NCBI RefSeq assembly: GCF_023055435.1
Contig: NW_025964223.1
Location: forward strand, 28,830,001-28,894,000
Origin: Haliotis rufescens
Lineage: Eukaryota
Reading direction: 5' to 3'
DNA length: 64,000 nucleotides
Each line of letters begins with the position of its first letter. Position 1 is the first letter of the stretch. The position numbers and the translations under genes are program-made. Below are positions 45,586 through 59,895 of this stretch, in pieces. The notes under the pieces were generated by a model, which saw only the letters and a list, made by a program, of their open reading frames with translations, was not told the origin of the DNA and did no database searches.

Positions 45586-48130
45586 TTGTGATAGTGAGTG
45601 TGGGTAACACCAGGACACAACGTATGTTGCACTGATCTCTCACAACAGTTACTCACAGGTCATCATTCTTGGAGAATGCTTGCTTTGTAAAATCAGAAAT
45701 AAAACGAAACGTAGATCACGGATAATTGTGATCAAGTTACGTGACACAGCCTTTTCCTCGAAATTCATTTCTGCATCATTCTGCAAAGTTTGGATAACAA
45801 TTACAGATCGTGACATCTCCAGCTGGCTGGCCCCGTGCGTCTGTCTTACGGGTGAGTATGCCTGGTTCTCAGTAAGTAGTTAGTTGTTATCTACTGTATA
45901 TTGAATGCCGGTGGGTGATCTAGACTAAAGCTGTTATTTCAAAGACCCTAATGTGATTTTCCACATGTGAACAATGCAATGCGCACAGCCCAGTCTCCCC
46001 GTTCCCACAGCAACACCGTCAGGCTCAGCGTGTATCCATATTCATTCACCTACTTCTTGATCTGCGATCTAGAAAACATGTATATTCCAGGAAACACTGA
46101 AAAGAAGTTATTTCGCATGAAGTTTTACAGAAACAAATCCTTGTGGCCATGCTGTCCAGGCCGAAAGGGTACATATTCATCTAACTACTCCATACAACTA
46201 TAAGTCGCATATTTAACGCTATGAACCGTCATTTGGAGAACCTGCAGGGAAACACTACGCTCCCAGCACGCAAATGACACTGTTTCAACGTTGACATGGT
46301 TGTTATGTTCAAACTGATTGTTGTGCCTGCTGGGCTACCCTGGTCACCGAGCATGCAGAAATAGCAGAATTCAACAACAAACAATACACCATAACAAGTA
46401 TCTGCTGACTACCAATCAGTCACCCTGCACACTCAAGTAGCCCTAAAAAACGTTCCATTACTTACCGTATATGGATTTTACTAGCACGAAATGTTACTAT
46501 TATCAGTATAAAACAATTGACTCTGTAAAAGTCATTTTTTAATCCTCGAAACTAACGCTGAATTTTTACAAATAGTTCAGCTGTGAGAATTCTGTCGAAA
46601 TATCGTCATAATAAACAACATATACATGTAACTTAGTATGACATATCAGTTGACAATCAACCAAACACCTGTGTCTACCAACCAACAAAAAGTTTTTTTA
46701 AGAGAATCACAGACACGCTTGCTCCCAGCATAGGCGCAGGAAGCACTTGTTGAATTATATGTTGCATGCAGTTTGAAGACGTGTGAATGATTTACTAAAA
46801 TTTGGGGAGTTTCTTCAGCTTGTCAAAAACAGATATTTTAAAAGATTGTTGATGGTGTATACGTGTTTGGATTAACGCAATTACAAAATACTCATTGAAC
46901 CATTTCAACGAATCACTTCTTACATATCCATAACAAATAATTCCTTAGTTAATATATCTGTCTTGTGTGATTTTTCTTTTTCTTAATTTTGTTAATATAT
47001 ACTATGCCAATCGTCTTAAACTGACAGTTTTTCTCCTTCAGAACATGATGACATGGTAAGCTCGTTAGTTAAGATGTATTAGTGCACCAGTGTGTTGACC
47101 GAAAACTTGTGTAAATCAGTATGAATGAGAAATAATATGAAAAGATTGTACACCCACACCAACAGAAAGACAGCAAACCTTTTACCTATATATGTTATCG
47201 TTTGGGACACAATACTAGTTACACCCCCTACCCCCATCGGCGTCCACCCTCGTTACCAAAAAAACATGTTAGGATCCCCCACCCCCTGTTACAAACATCT
47301 TCATTTGACAAAAAGTATGTGACAGATAGTGACTGAAACGGACGTAAAATATTCATATACATGCAAATGCATCTGTAAGTAACCGCTGCCATTTATAGAT
47401 TCAACGGAAGAACCATTACATGTGTTTTAAACAAAAAAATAACATTAATCATTTTAACACCAAAGATGGACAAAATGTTTAACGACTGATCATAATTTGA
47501 ATGCGAAAATATCGCATTTTGATTTAATAGGACACCAATATGTAAAAATTTCAATTAAGAACAATATTAAAATTTGTATTTGGAACTTTAAACCAATAAT
47601 CAGTCATCAGATATATGAATACATAAACCGTTCTGATTAGAATTGAATAGGGCAACTCTGATATGTTATTTAGGTATTTATTTCTTAGCATGCGTACACA
47701 GTATTGTAGGTTATTGCGTACTGAGGACAATATGACAGGGTTGCCACACATCTATCGCCGTGGAAAAAGCAAACACGACTTTTTGCGCAATTAATGTCTA
47801 CATTTTAACGAGGCATATAAATTATCATTTAATATAATGTAAAATATACCCAGTAAATAAGATGTGTAAATTCTTTTAATATTTATTATATTCGATTTTA
47901 TCAACGAGTATTATTAAAAACCAGTGTTGTGGGTTCTAACACTTGCGCAAATGCCGAGATCGATGTGTTGATCTGTGTAGATACTAGGCCTATAAACCGC
48001 AAACACACACACACACACATATATATATATGTATTTAGCGAGTTCATATAATGTTCGTAATCGCTGCTGATAGATCGAATAATATAACCCGTGATACCAT
48101 AACGTGTGAGTATCGTGTGCTGTTATTCCC

Positions 48131-48343
48131 ACGATAGCGTGCATATTATGGTTAATGTTTAATTATTTACACGATATCGTGCATATTATGGTTAAAGTTC
48201 TGTTATTTACACGATATTGTGCATATTGTGATAAATTGTCTGTTATTTACACGATATCGTGCATATTGTGATAAATTGTCTGTTATTTACACGATATCGT
48301 GTACATTGTGGAATATGTACTCTTTATGTACACGATATCGTGC
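48131..48343. repeat. 40-bp tandem repeat (ACGATATCGTGCATATTGTGATAAATTGTCTGTTATTTAC), about 5 copies
   Basis: Directly visible, just upstream of the Gypsy remnant. Confidence 0.9.
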
Positions 48344-48619
48344 GAATAGACACCGCCGATTAGCTGCGTCCAGTGGCCTGGCGCAAGTGAACAACGATTT
48401 GATTGGCTGTTTAGACTGGATTTCTTGAAGCCTGTGTTTTTAGTAATCGAGTTGTGTTGTTGATCTCACCTAGGACAACTCGTGCGAGGCCGATCATTCA
48501 ACTTTTGTGTCTACAGAAGCCTGTTTAAAAGTCTGCAAATAACAGACTGAGACACATCAATTGGACATATTGGCTGCCTCTCCCTGAGTTCTACCAATCT
48601 GAAACCTGCTGATGACCTT

Positions 48620-51600
48620 TTGGCGTTCATCACGACTTTAATTGAAGAAAAACATGATGTATTGGCTTTAAAGAGATTGAAAATATGGAAAACAAAATTC
48701 GGCTTAGAGAAATGGAAGCAGAAAGATTGAGAATTGAAGCAGAAAAAAGAGAAAGAAAGAAAACGAGAGACAATTTCGGCTCAAAGAAATTGAAGCTGAG
48801 AAAGAAATATTGAGATTGGAAGTTGATAAAGAAATTATGATAAAACAACCTTGAATTACAGAATGATCTCTTTCACCGTACCTCAACAGGTGATGAATTG
48901 TTTGATCGTTTAAAGCATATTAGACTTGTTCTCTTAACATCATGTTGAGAAGTTTTTCGAACATTTTGAAAAGGTGGCTATTAGTTTGAAATGGCCTCAA
49001 AATCAGTGGACCTTGTTGTTGCAAAATGTGTTTAGGGGAAAAGATCAGGAAGTTTATTCTGCATTACCTATTGATAGGAGTTCTGAATATCAGGTTGTAA
49101 CGGCTGTAGTTTTGAAGGCTTATGGATTCGTTCCTAAAGCTTACAGGCAAAAGTTTAGGTCGGCTAAGAAAAGGGATGTTCTACTTTTGTTGAGTTTGCA
49201 AGGGAGAAGGAAACTGTTTGACAGGCGGTGTACTTCAAATGACATCTATAGTGATTTTGACTGTTTAAGGCAGTTAGTTTTGCTGGAGGATTTTAAGCAG
49301 TATGTGTCAACGGATATTCGGACATATCTTGCATTAATTGATGAGCAGAAAATGGATCAAGTACACAAGGCTGCTACTCTGGCTGCTGATTATACCCAAC
49401 ACAAAGGGTTAGTTTTAAGCAGTCAGGGTTTACACACCGGAGTTTACATGGTTACAAATCAGGAAAAGATCATTCATCCTCTACTACATCTAGTTCAAAC
49501 AAGTCTGGTTCTCAGTTTGTTGACAAAAAGTCAAGTTCAACTCCAGTTGGTTCCACAAATACTTCTGGATTTTCGTCAGAGCCTACTTGTAGATATTGCC
49601 GCAAGCCAGGGCAAGTCATTCTTCCCTGATTGCTTTTGTGAATGTCACGTCACAGCCATTTTGTGGTTCAGGTAATGAGGAGTTGGCTGATATAGACCAG
49701 TCATCAAAGTCTGCTGTTGTGAGAGAGGAGTACTTACCTTTCGTTAGTTAAGTTTTAGTGTCAGCTAAAGGTGACATTTCCAACGTTAAGCCCATTGGAG
49801 ATAGAGATACTAGTGCTCTTCAGACTCTGATTTTGGATGTTATTATCCCACTTTCTGAGGAGTCGTCAGTGAACTCTGAGGTTTTTTTAGAGAGTTTTAC
49901 CAGTGCACCTCTCGATATTGTGAATTTGAAGACAGATTTGGTGCCTGTGTTGGTCAAGGTGAGGGTTGTAGAAACTCTAGCCGTTAAAGGTGTAGGCGTG
50001 CTCATTGGGAATGATGTGGCAGGGGGAAGATGTTTGGCTGATCCTATTATTTGTCTTGAGCCTAGCACTTAAGAAAGTACTGAAAATCTTGAAAAAGAAA
50101 TTCCAGGTATTTTTCCTTCATGTGTGTTACTCGTTCTATGGCTAAGCAAAGTTCTTAAGCAAATGATTCCAGTTTGGCTGGCACTTTTATGGATCATTCT
50201 CTTGACCTGTCTTAATTTTCGAGGAAGTGTGCTAAGAAATCTGACCGTTTGACTGTTGAGGAACCAGTTCTAGGTAGGGAGAAGTTAGGTTACTTACAGG
50301 GGGCTCACTCTTCAGAAAAAGCTGACAAGGTTCCCGTTTGACTATTATTTCAAGGATAGTGTTTTGATAAGGAAATGGATGCTGCCAGATGTACCTGCTG
50401 ATTATGAATGTTCAAATTGTTCTTACATATTCATATATCGAAAGCATGTTTTGAGTTGGGCACATGAAACTCCTTTGGCAGGTCATTTGGGTGTGAACAA
50501 AACATGTGACAAAATCTTTTCCCATGCCCTTTGGCCTAATTTGTGGCATGATGTGGCTGCATTTTGCAAAACATGCCACGTGTGTCAATTGGTTCGCAAA
50601 CCTAATCAGAAAATCCCAGCCACACTTTTGAAACCCATTTCAACTTTTGAAGAACCTTTCAGCAAGGCCATCATTGATTGTGTTGGCCCTTTGCCTAAAA
50701 CAAAGTCAGGAAATAAAGTACTTGCTTACTATCATGTGTGCTTGCACAAAGTTTCAAGAGGCTATTCCTTAATGGAAAAGTACAGCTCAGGTTATTATCA
50801 AGGCATTGGTAAAGTTCTTCACGATGGTTGGTTTGCCTAAGATTATACAGTGAGATCAGGGCTTTAATTTCATGTCAGGTGTTTTCCAACAGGCTATGCA
50901 CCAGTTAGGCACAACTCAGATTATGTCGAGTTCATATCATCCTCAATCTCAAGGAACTTGAGAGAGATTTCATCAGACTCTTAAGAATATGATAAGGACT
51001 TACTGTTTTGAGACTGAGAATTGGGATAAAGGCCTTCATTTGTTGTTTGTTGTGAGGGAGTCAGTTCAGGCGTCTCTAGGTTTTAGTCCTTTTGACCTTG
51101 TCTTTGGCCATGCAGTTCGTGGACCTTTAAAGCACTTGAATGATCTCAAGAGAAATTTCAGTCCTGGTGATAAAGTCTTAGTGTTTTTGCCAATCCCTGG
51201 TCAACCATTATGTGCAGTGCTAGGTACCACGGTCCGTCCGCAGGTTATTGACAGAAAAGACACAGCTTTGTCATGTCAGTATGATTAGAAAGTATCATGA
51301 AAGAAATGACAATGTACCCACTCGGTTTGTTGCCACTGTTTCAATTGTGGATGTTGTATCAGATTGTGATACTGATGAAGCCAAATACGTAAGCAAGTTT
51401 GACCTACTGAAAGGATATTCACAGATTCCACTTACTGAGTGTGCCAAATGGTTATCAGCTTTTGTGTCTCCAGATGGACTTTACCAATATTAAAATATGC
51501 CAATTGGGCACAAGAATGCTCCAGCCAAATTCCAGCATCTCATCAATGACATTACAGCCAATCTTGAGGGTGTCGAAGCCTATGTTGACGTTTTATCAAT

Positions 51601-52303
51601 CATTCCATGGAGCTGGACGAACACCTGAAAATGATGTATACATATACAATTTTTAGGAAATGTCATAGGCCAAGGCCAGGTACAGCATTTCAAGCTGAAG
51701 GTGGAAGCTATTTCAAAATTCCAAGATCCACAAACCAAAAGAAACTATGGAGATTTATGGGTGTGGCTGGCTACTACCGTAAATGTTGTGAAAATTTCTC
51801 ACATGTGGTAGTCCCTCTCACTAGTTTACGGGGCAAAAGGGTGAAATTTGTTTGGGACAGTAATTGTCAGGCTGCTCCTGAGAAAATTAAAGCCATTCTC
51901 ATATATTCTCCTGTACTCCAAGCACCAAACTTCATTCAAATTAGTTGTAGATGCTAGTGACGCTAGAGCTGTCGTGTTGCAGGAATATGCATCAGGCTTT
52001 GACCATCCTGTTTGTTATTATTCACGCAAATTTGACAAACATCAGAGAAATTATTCCACCATTGAAAAAGAAACTCTTGCCCTGTTGTTCGCTTTGCAAC
52101 AATTTGAAGTGTACTTGGATATTACTTTGTTTCCTATTCAAGTGTACACTGATCACAATCAACTGACTTTTCTCCATGAAATGAAGAACAAAAACCAATG
52201 CCTGATGCGCTGGAGCCTGTCTTTGCAAGAACCTGATTTAGACATCAAGCATATCAAAGGCAAAGACATCGTCATTGCGGATACATTGTCCCGAGTTGTT
52301 TGA
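48620..52303 (+). mobile_element. Decayed Gypsy LTR retrotransposon internal region, Gmr1-like (gag-PR-IN-RT-RH order)
   Basis: gag FEKVAISLKWP...WTLLLQ; protease-like RDTSA; integrase HHCC (HETPLAGHLG...CHVCQ), IDCVGPLP, YHPQSQG; RT FDLLKGY; RNase H VDASD, YSTIEKE, TDHN, ADTLSR. Many stops, frameshifts and deletions; LTRs not identified. Confidence 0.9.
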
Positions 52304-52509
52304 ATGTGATCAGTTCTGACTGCAAACACATTTTGAATTTTTGTAAACATTTCTCTTAATTATCATGTATAATGAATATTATCATGTACATTACTTCAGA
52401 AAGTGTCATATGGCAGTGTATTTATTCTTGAACAAGGACTGTAACTATGTAACATTGTTTTTGTTGAGATTCGGTAGACACTCATTGCATTCTTCTGGTC
52501 TGGTAAAAG

Positions 52510-53060
52510 GCAGACGTTGATAGTATAAATTAAACCTATCATTTTATATGGTTCAGATATTTGGGGTGTTAATAAATGGTTGTTGCTCGAACGTTTTCAA
52601 GTTTTGTAAATTTGTTTTGATATCTCAGTTGAACAAGATGCAGTCCAGAGAACAATAAGGGCTTCAAATATCAAGAAAATATTGTTTTCTTTCGGTTATG
52701 GTTTCGTTTGCGAATCTCAAGGTGTTGGTGAGACTGAATGAATCTGTAAGGGTGAAGATTGCCATACACAAATATGGTATTCTGAGGTGTCGAGTTATTC
52801 AAAATTAGAATTAAAGTCAGTGTTAAAGACTTTGCTTACATCAGAACCATTCTTGTTAAGTATATTATCTAAAGAAAATAGGTGTATGTTTGGTATATTT
52901 AGAATTGGTGAACTGGAAAGTAGGCATAATATTGGGAGGAGAGCGGGCAGCGATAAGAGACTTTGGAATTGTCCATTATGTAACTTACATGTAATTGAAA
53001 CTGAAATTCATGTTAATATACATTCAAAATATTTCCCATTTTCAATGTCCATGCTTATGC
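52510..53060 (+). mobile_element. Decayed 3' fragment of a non-LTR retrotransposon
   Basis: IKPIILYGSDIWG, then a C-terminal CPLC...ETEIH zinc-knuckle-like remnant. Confidence 0.6.
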
Positions 53061-53879
53061 TAATCCTTTCTAAAACATTTAGCAAATTACAATAAAAACA
53101 CTTCACAATTGTAAATATTTGCTGTTGCGCGGGTGTTCAAAAACTTCCATTGATGACCTAATCCTAAAGTAAATGACTGATTGGTTGATTACACATAATT
53201 CTGAAGAAGCTAAAGTCCCGCTCGATATCCCTGGATAAGCACTCCAGGTAGACAGTTTGGAAGGACCTGAAAGGTTCAACAGAAAGTAAACTCCTGCAGA
53301 TGTCTGCGATGGCTAGCAGGCCAGTTATGAGGAGGTTCCCGTTATTTCAATGGAAGCCAACCCAGAAGCTGTATGCCAAGAGGCACTGGGCCACACTCAC
53401 AAAGGCTGGTCTGGCTAATGTGAGAGGATGAACCAATGCCAAGCTGGAGTGGGACTCACTTCTTCCTGGTTCCTGTCCTTCCCTTGATAATATAGAAGGA
53501 AAAGGGGGATTCATTGCAAGTGACTCTGAACTTTTGACTTTTGACTGTGGTCAGAAGGTGCTCTCAAGCGAACAGTTTTCATGCTCTGTTATGAGTATTG
53601 AAGATTAGGAGGAACTTGTATACTGCATAGGGAACCATCATGTGAACACTGTTCAATGTGTAATACGAGTGCATTTATGAATAAATAAATTGATACTTTG
53701 TTTGTTGTTTTGTTTTTCATTAGACAGTTGTGTAAATGGTTATATTTCAAATTTGCCTCAGTTTGACAGCAACATATATATTTCCTTAGACCTTGGAAAG
53801 TTTGATGTCACATTGATCTGTTATATCAAGGGTCAAGCTCATGACCAGACAAACAGTTTGTTTCTTGTCACCTCTTTCA

Positions 53880-54480
53880 TTTACGAGTGACAAATCAGCC
53901 TCTTTGTTCAAAAGTAACTCTGCCACTTCTTTTTGTCCCTTTTCTTCTTCTACTTGTCATCCATGCCCTGTGAGGGGACATACTTCACCATCTCAGTATC
54001 ACCTCCCCGACCTGGCAAGTAAAGGATGTTCTCAACTCTTTGATCTACGAGTGACATATCAGCTCCTTTACCCACAAATAAATCAACCACTTCGCTATGT
54101 CCATTCTCTACTGCCAGCACCACTGGTGTTCTCCCGCACTATGCTCTATTATTGATACCCACCATGGCCTGTGAGAGGGCATACTTCACCAGCTTCACAT
54201 TTCTCCCAAACAGGCCAAGTGAAGAATGTTAACGTTGCTATGAGTTACAAATCACCTCTTTTATTTACGAGTAACTCTACCACTTCTTTTTGTCCCTTTT
54301 CTGTTGCTGCCACCAACACCTGTCTTCTTCTGTCACACTTTACTGTGAGAGGACATACTTCACCAACTCCACATTCTCTCCCCGACCGGTCAAGTGAAGG
54401 ATGTTGTCAACCGAATATACCGACGAATGACACATTAACTACTTATGAGTAACTCAACCAATGTTCTATGTCCTTCACCA
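53880..54480. repeat. Three diverged units of about 190 bp sharing CTGTGAGRGGRCATACTTCACCA
   Basis: Motif at about 53968, 54168 and 54343 with similar flanks. Confidence 0.7.
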
Positions 54481-54861
54481 GATGCCTGGTGTCCTACCAA
54501 TCCACTCTTAATGTCTGCTCTTCCATGGGACAAGATGACCTTCATCCTTGACAGGCCCCCAGCCTTGGAGGCACTATGGACGTCGCAAAACGATTTGGCT
54601 GCAACACAATGTTTTACTCAGTATCCTCCCATTATTTACGCGTCCCACTTGTCACACACCTTAAAACAACATCGCTCATGGCTGAAGGCCCTGACTGGTC
54701 TACCCTATGTTACCTAAGTATCAGAACAGAGTGGTCCAAGAAAAGCAGAAAAGTAAACTTGCACTTTATTTATGTGAAGGATAGGCACACAAAGACATAT
54801 CATGCCATAAATATATAAAAATTCTTTATTGGCACTGGTAGTAGATCTGAATAGTCTTTGT

Positions 54862-56560
54862 TTACTCCAACCCTGCATAGAAGCCTGTAGCATCCAGGAA
54901 CTGGAGTGGAGTTTTGAGTACCTTGCGAAGCTGATCTTTCAATCCCTCCAGACGGTTTTCAGACTCTCTGAAAACTCTCTTGCGGTTGGGTGCAGCTGCC
55001 TCCAAATGAATCTGGGACATCTTAGCTCGGTCAGCCCTCTCGATTATCTGGATAACTTCAATGAAGCGGTAGATGTTCGGATGGTCATGGCGAAGCTGAT
55101 CTTTCAATCCCTCCAGACGGTTTTCAGACTCTCTGAAGACTCTCTTTCGGTTGGGTGGGGCTGCTCCCTAATCAATCTGGATCATCTTAGTGCGGTCAGC
55201 CCTCTCGATTATCTGGATAACTTCAATGAAGCGGTAGATGTTCGGATGGTCATGGCGAAGCTGATCTTTCAATCCCTCCAGACGGTTTTCAGACTCTCTG
55301 AAGACTCTTTCGGTTAGGTGGAGCTGCTCCCAAATCAATCTGGGACATCTTAGCGCGGTCAGCCCTCTCGATTATCTGGATAACTTCAATGAAGCGGTCG
55401 ATGTTCGGATGGTCATGGGGTAGTTCTCGATTGAGTCGGTTGTGAAATCCTTCAAGATCGTTGTTGGTGCTTGGTCCTGTTGTCTGGTTATGGTGTTATT
55501 AAGGTGAAAATGCATCCCCAAAACCTAAGAAACTTATAACATGGTTATAGCTTTAACAACGATGGAGATAGAAAGCCGACGTGTTGGCGCAACCAAGCAG
55601 GACATCAATAGGGCGATGATAGTGACAGGATATTTCCGGATAGCTTTGGTGGTGTTGTCGCCAATTAATCCATTGACATCTTTAATTGGCTCATGAGTTC
55701 ATGGTATGATATTGTTCTTAACCAATTAAAATTATCTATGTCAAGGACAGACCAGGCCCAAACACTTTAAAATCATACAGTCAACATTAGGAGTGGAGAG
55801 TGCGGTTTCCAGTCTATCGAGTAGAACCCTGATCGTTCTAAGTTCTCCCCATTTAGTGACGAGCCTGGCTGGTCTGATCCTGTCGTGTATTGATAGATGG
55901 ACTGAGAGTAAGTAAACCTAATGTGAGTATAAAGCTGGTGTTGCGTTTCTTTATTATGCGAGTATATATGCTGATGGAGACAATAGGGAGGAAACGTCAT
56001 TAGTCCAATCACTCCTTGACTGATGCTGACAAGGCGTGCTGCAAAGTCATGGCTTAACTGACCATCATGACCAGGAACGGCAATGCGTTTAGGTAACTGT
56101 AGTAGGGTCCCACTTGACTCCCGAAAGCAGTTACGACAATGGTTCCAAAGATGAAGATGAGCCAAGATCCTGTGTCTTCCTCCATACTGCTTGGCTGAAG
56201 TGGAATTAGCAGCCCTTCACTTAAGCATTTGGGAACTCAGACTGAACAGTGCGAATTGCAACCAGTTCAAAGTCGTACAACTCATGCATGTTGGTTATCT
56301 CCCCTCTGGCCCTCTTCCTCAAGTTGCTCAGAAACTTCAGACGGTCGGCATCTTCACGGGGATGGGTGTGGCATCTTCACGGGGATGGGTGTGGTCTGTG
56401 ATATTCCGTACAAAGTTTCCGACTGTTGTACATTTTCCTTTGCAGGCTTTATGGATGCATCTCCAGTGTTGACAAGTCTGTCGAGTTGTGCTCTTGTTGT
56501 ACAAGTAATTTTTAAACAGAACCTGTTGTGTGCCTCGTGTGCCTCGCATACTCTACTAAC
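54862..56560 (-). pseudogene. Mutator-like (MULE) transposase remnant with N-terminal FLYWCH zinc finger
   Basis: FLYWCH: VLFKNYLYNK...HWRCIHKACKG...DHTHP. DDE core: DFELVAIRTVQSEFPNA*VKGC*FHFSQAVWRK. Third acidic residue region: TNNDLEGFHNRLN...HPNIY. Interrupted and partly deleted. Confidence 0.85.
54925..55417. repeat. 165-bp tandem triplication inside the MULE transposase C-terminus
   Basis: GCGAAGCTGATCTTTC at 54925, 55090 and 55255. Confidence 0.93.
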
Positions 56561-56789
56561 CTTAAACCCGCCATGGTTATGTGAGTCATGCTGTTGTTGC
56601 TTTAAGTGTTTAAGATGTCGCCTTCTGCCTTCGCAATTCCGGCTGACCTGTCGCTCTTTGGGGCTCATGTGTGTAGGATACACAAATCTATTGCGAGTTT
56701 TAGTATTCATAAATTTCTGTTTTTGTATTGATATGATTTCATTTTTAACTTTGGCTGCTCTGTTAATATACGTTCGAGTAGCCGAGCCG

Positions 56790-57155
56790 GCATGGTCTTG
56801 ACATTCTAGATAGTAACAAGTGAGTAATGAATTCAGACTGATTGCAAGATGGACATACCTAGTTATCTGCTTTTTGTGAACGAGTCTGAGACGTGAGATG
56901 GCTATTTCAACTTTATTTGGCTTGCCATCTTTGGGCCTTGGAGGCTTTGATTTTGCTTTTTATCTCTAGTTTACTAAAGGGAATAGGCTGTATCCCCGCT
57001 TTATCTAGAGCTGGCTTCGCCAGTGTGTCTGCTTTTTTCATTTCCATGAATATCTATGCGAGACGTGATCCAACAGAGCTCCACCTGTTGACCTTGGTCC
57101 GATAGTTTTGTATATTCGTATAGAATATCATTGACTGTGTTTGGCCTGGACTGTA
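56790..57155 (-). mobile_element. LINE 3' fragment (I-group-like): RNase H C-terminus plus CCHC knuckle
   Basis: VELCWITSRIDIHGNEK (WxPSHxxIxGNE-like), ISRLRL, CPSC...THLL...EC. Confidence 0.7.
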
Positions 57156-59895
57156 TGTAGCTTGAAGTGCACTTAGCGAGTCTGATAGGACGACTGTCTT
57201 TGCTTCCGGTAGTTCCGGTAGGAGTTTGAGTGCATGATGACCGAATGTGCATGGGGTTTGAAGCTATGGATACGGACCCCTTACCCAGCAGTGTATATAT
57301 GGGCCCAGCTGTCCCAGGTAGTTTGAATCTTATTGATAGCTACTGACCCCACATGAGCCGGCAAACCGTCTGTAAAAAGTTGTTACTGACCTAATATGAG
57401 ACCGTATACCGCCAGTAACAGCCATCTTGAATTTTCCAACACCCACTTCACATATTTCACATGAAAATTCAGGTACAGAAATTCGTTATTCTACACTGTT
57501 TTGTGTTTTTGGGTTTCATAACATAAATTGTGATGTGCAAGGACGTTAATCTTTTTTAAATCACGTTCGTGACTTTATTTATAAGATTATAATTAAAATT
57601 GTCAACAAGGTTTGGCCTCTAAGGTTTGAAGAGTTAGTTCCCTTTGACCCTTAACATCAGCGCACTAAGCTTAGCAGACTAATGCGATATGGCTAGCACA
57701 TAGTGTAAATATTTCGGCATAATACATTCATTATTGTGTCTTTAGTGGTTGTAAACGGTGTCATACTAGGTTAGCAGAAACACATTGTACATATGTTCAT
57801 GTACTTCGTCTAACGATAACGATAATAATGAACACAGGATGATAATGATAATCACATCTGTCATCACATTGGTGCCCTATCAATTCATCAATCTGGACTT
57901 GCAAATTTACTATTAGTGTAACTTGAGAAGATGGGAAGCAGCACTGGCATAGAGGATCACGTCCATCTCTCCTCTCTCCAGTTTCTTTCCCGGTACTTGT
58001 AGTTCTTGAAGGTGGGTGGTTCTCTGCTGTCCACTCTCCTTCACGGAGAGAGTTGACAATAATAATATAGTGAAACATACAATTTAAAGGTATTTATTTA
58101 ATTACGAAATGCAGCTTCTTAAATAATATGTTATAATGTATTTATGTATTAAACATTTTTTTCCATTTCAAAACACTTTTTTATATATGAAAGATACTTT
58201 TATGTGAACTTGTCTCCGGTTCTTGACACAAGGTCGTTTACAGTTGTGGCCGTGGCTCTACAGTCTTTGTTGGTTATTTAGCCTATACGTACAAGACTAG
58301 ATAATAAATAATAATGCTGTTACGAATGGATTCATTACACAGTCTCCATCTGTAACAAAAAGAGATCACACAATTTGAGAAAAGTTTCTGGCAGTGAATA
58401 AAATTAAATGTCTTACTTGTGACTAAAATATTGCCCCATATTCCAACAAGATCCAACGAATTTCATATCGCAAATAAATAAATCCATAAAAAACAGTTGC
58501 TACATTCACCAGTACAACCTGGGTTTACACTTTGACTATTTTCCTCTGATGTTAACTCGAATTACAGAACGTCTTTAATCCTTCTGAGTAAAATAATTAA
58601 TCTGTTTCTTGCTTTTGGTAATCCTCGTGATCGGTATAATCAGTGGTCTTGTATTGCTAAACAACTATGGGAGTATACTCAGGAGATGAAGTATTTTCTT
58701 TTATAAATCTCTTACGACTATTTTTGTTTTAGATCAGTTACCTTCATAAATATGTGACTATGTAGGCGAACTGCACTGTAGGCGAAAGTAGACCTAACCA
58801 TACAGAGCTGCGAAGACCTTCTGGAATAAATCGGAACATTACTTCCAAATACACTGCAGATATGATGGAAATTTAACATCGAAAATAAATTTACTTTTGA
58901 CACAAGAACCATAAATGTTTGAATACAATAAAATTTGAGAAAATTAAGCTTAAATGCAATTTCAATTGATGTTAGCTTTTAAACTCTTATAATTAAAAGA
59001 TAAGTATATTTATTTGTGTTAATGTTATCCAGTTAAGTTGATTAAAATATAACTGAATATGTTCTCTTGTACATTTTACATTACATCACTGCACATATTA
59101 ACAGTTGCAGTAGCTTGTCTTGTCTGTCTGTTCAGGATTAACAATGATGATCACACAGCCCCGCGCTCAAATTCACTTGGCCATGACGAGGCCATTACCG
59201 CCATGTAATTACATTTAGTGCAGTCCATTCCGACACTGGGAAGCCAGCTTGGCGCGTCTACTTCCGCCTACAGTGTTACCAAAACCACTTTATGTACCAT
59301 GTGTCCATGGATCAGCAGCCTCCACGTGCACACGGCGTCCCAGAAGTGCACTGCAGGTACATGCAATCCTTGCCGAAGTTCACATTGGAGTCATTGTTGT
59401 CCCCTGGTCACACACTGTGTGCAACCATGTTCGCATAATGCAGTGCCGCGGCAGATGTGGGTCACGTCGTGTCTGTTGACGAGAGTATGTCATGTGGCCC
59501 AGTAAATACACATGCAATATGTCACTGTTCCGCGCCCTGGGGAAGTGAACTGAGCAATACCCCCAGATTTACTGTGCGATATGACCACCTGTCCTGGTGT
59601 CTCCCAGCTCCCAGTGCAGTTTGCTATGTAATCGACATGTATAATAGAAGATGAGGATATTTTCAAGTGAAAATTATACTACGTATTTCGGGTGGATACA
59701 TTCAGTGACCAACTAGACCTACGAAGAAGCATAAACATGTAATGATTAAAGGAAACACTTTAATAAAAAAACACAAAAACATCAATACAAGCACACCCAC
59801 TCACACAACCCCGACTCCGCATGTCCTTGAATGTATCCGTACTCATAGGCATGCATACATACATACACAGCCCTCGCATCGTTCCCACCCATAAC

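Noticed and set aside
41461-47900. Numerous 60-140-aa ORFs in the 3' UTR and intergenic region
   Set aside because: Mostly non-ATG starts, AT-rich composition and no recognisable motifs; consistent with chance.
48000-48620. 5' LTR and primer-binding site of the Gypsy element
   Set aside because: No matching 3' LTR or polypurine tract found after 52303, so it cannot be delimited.
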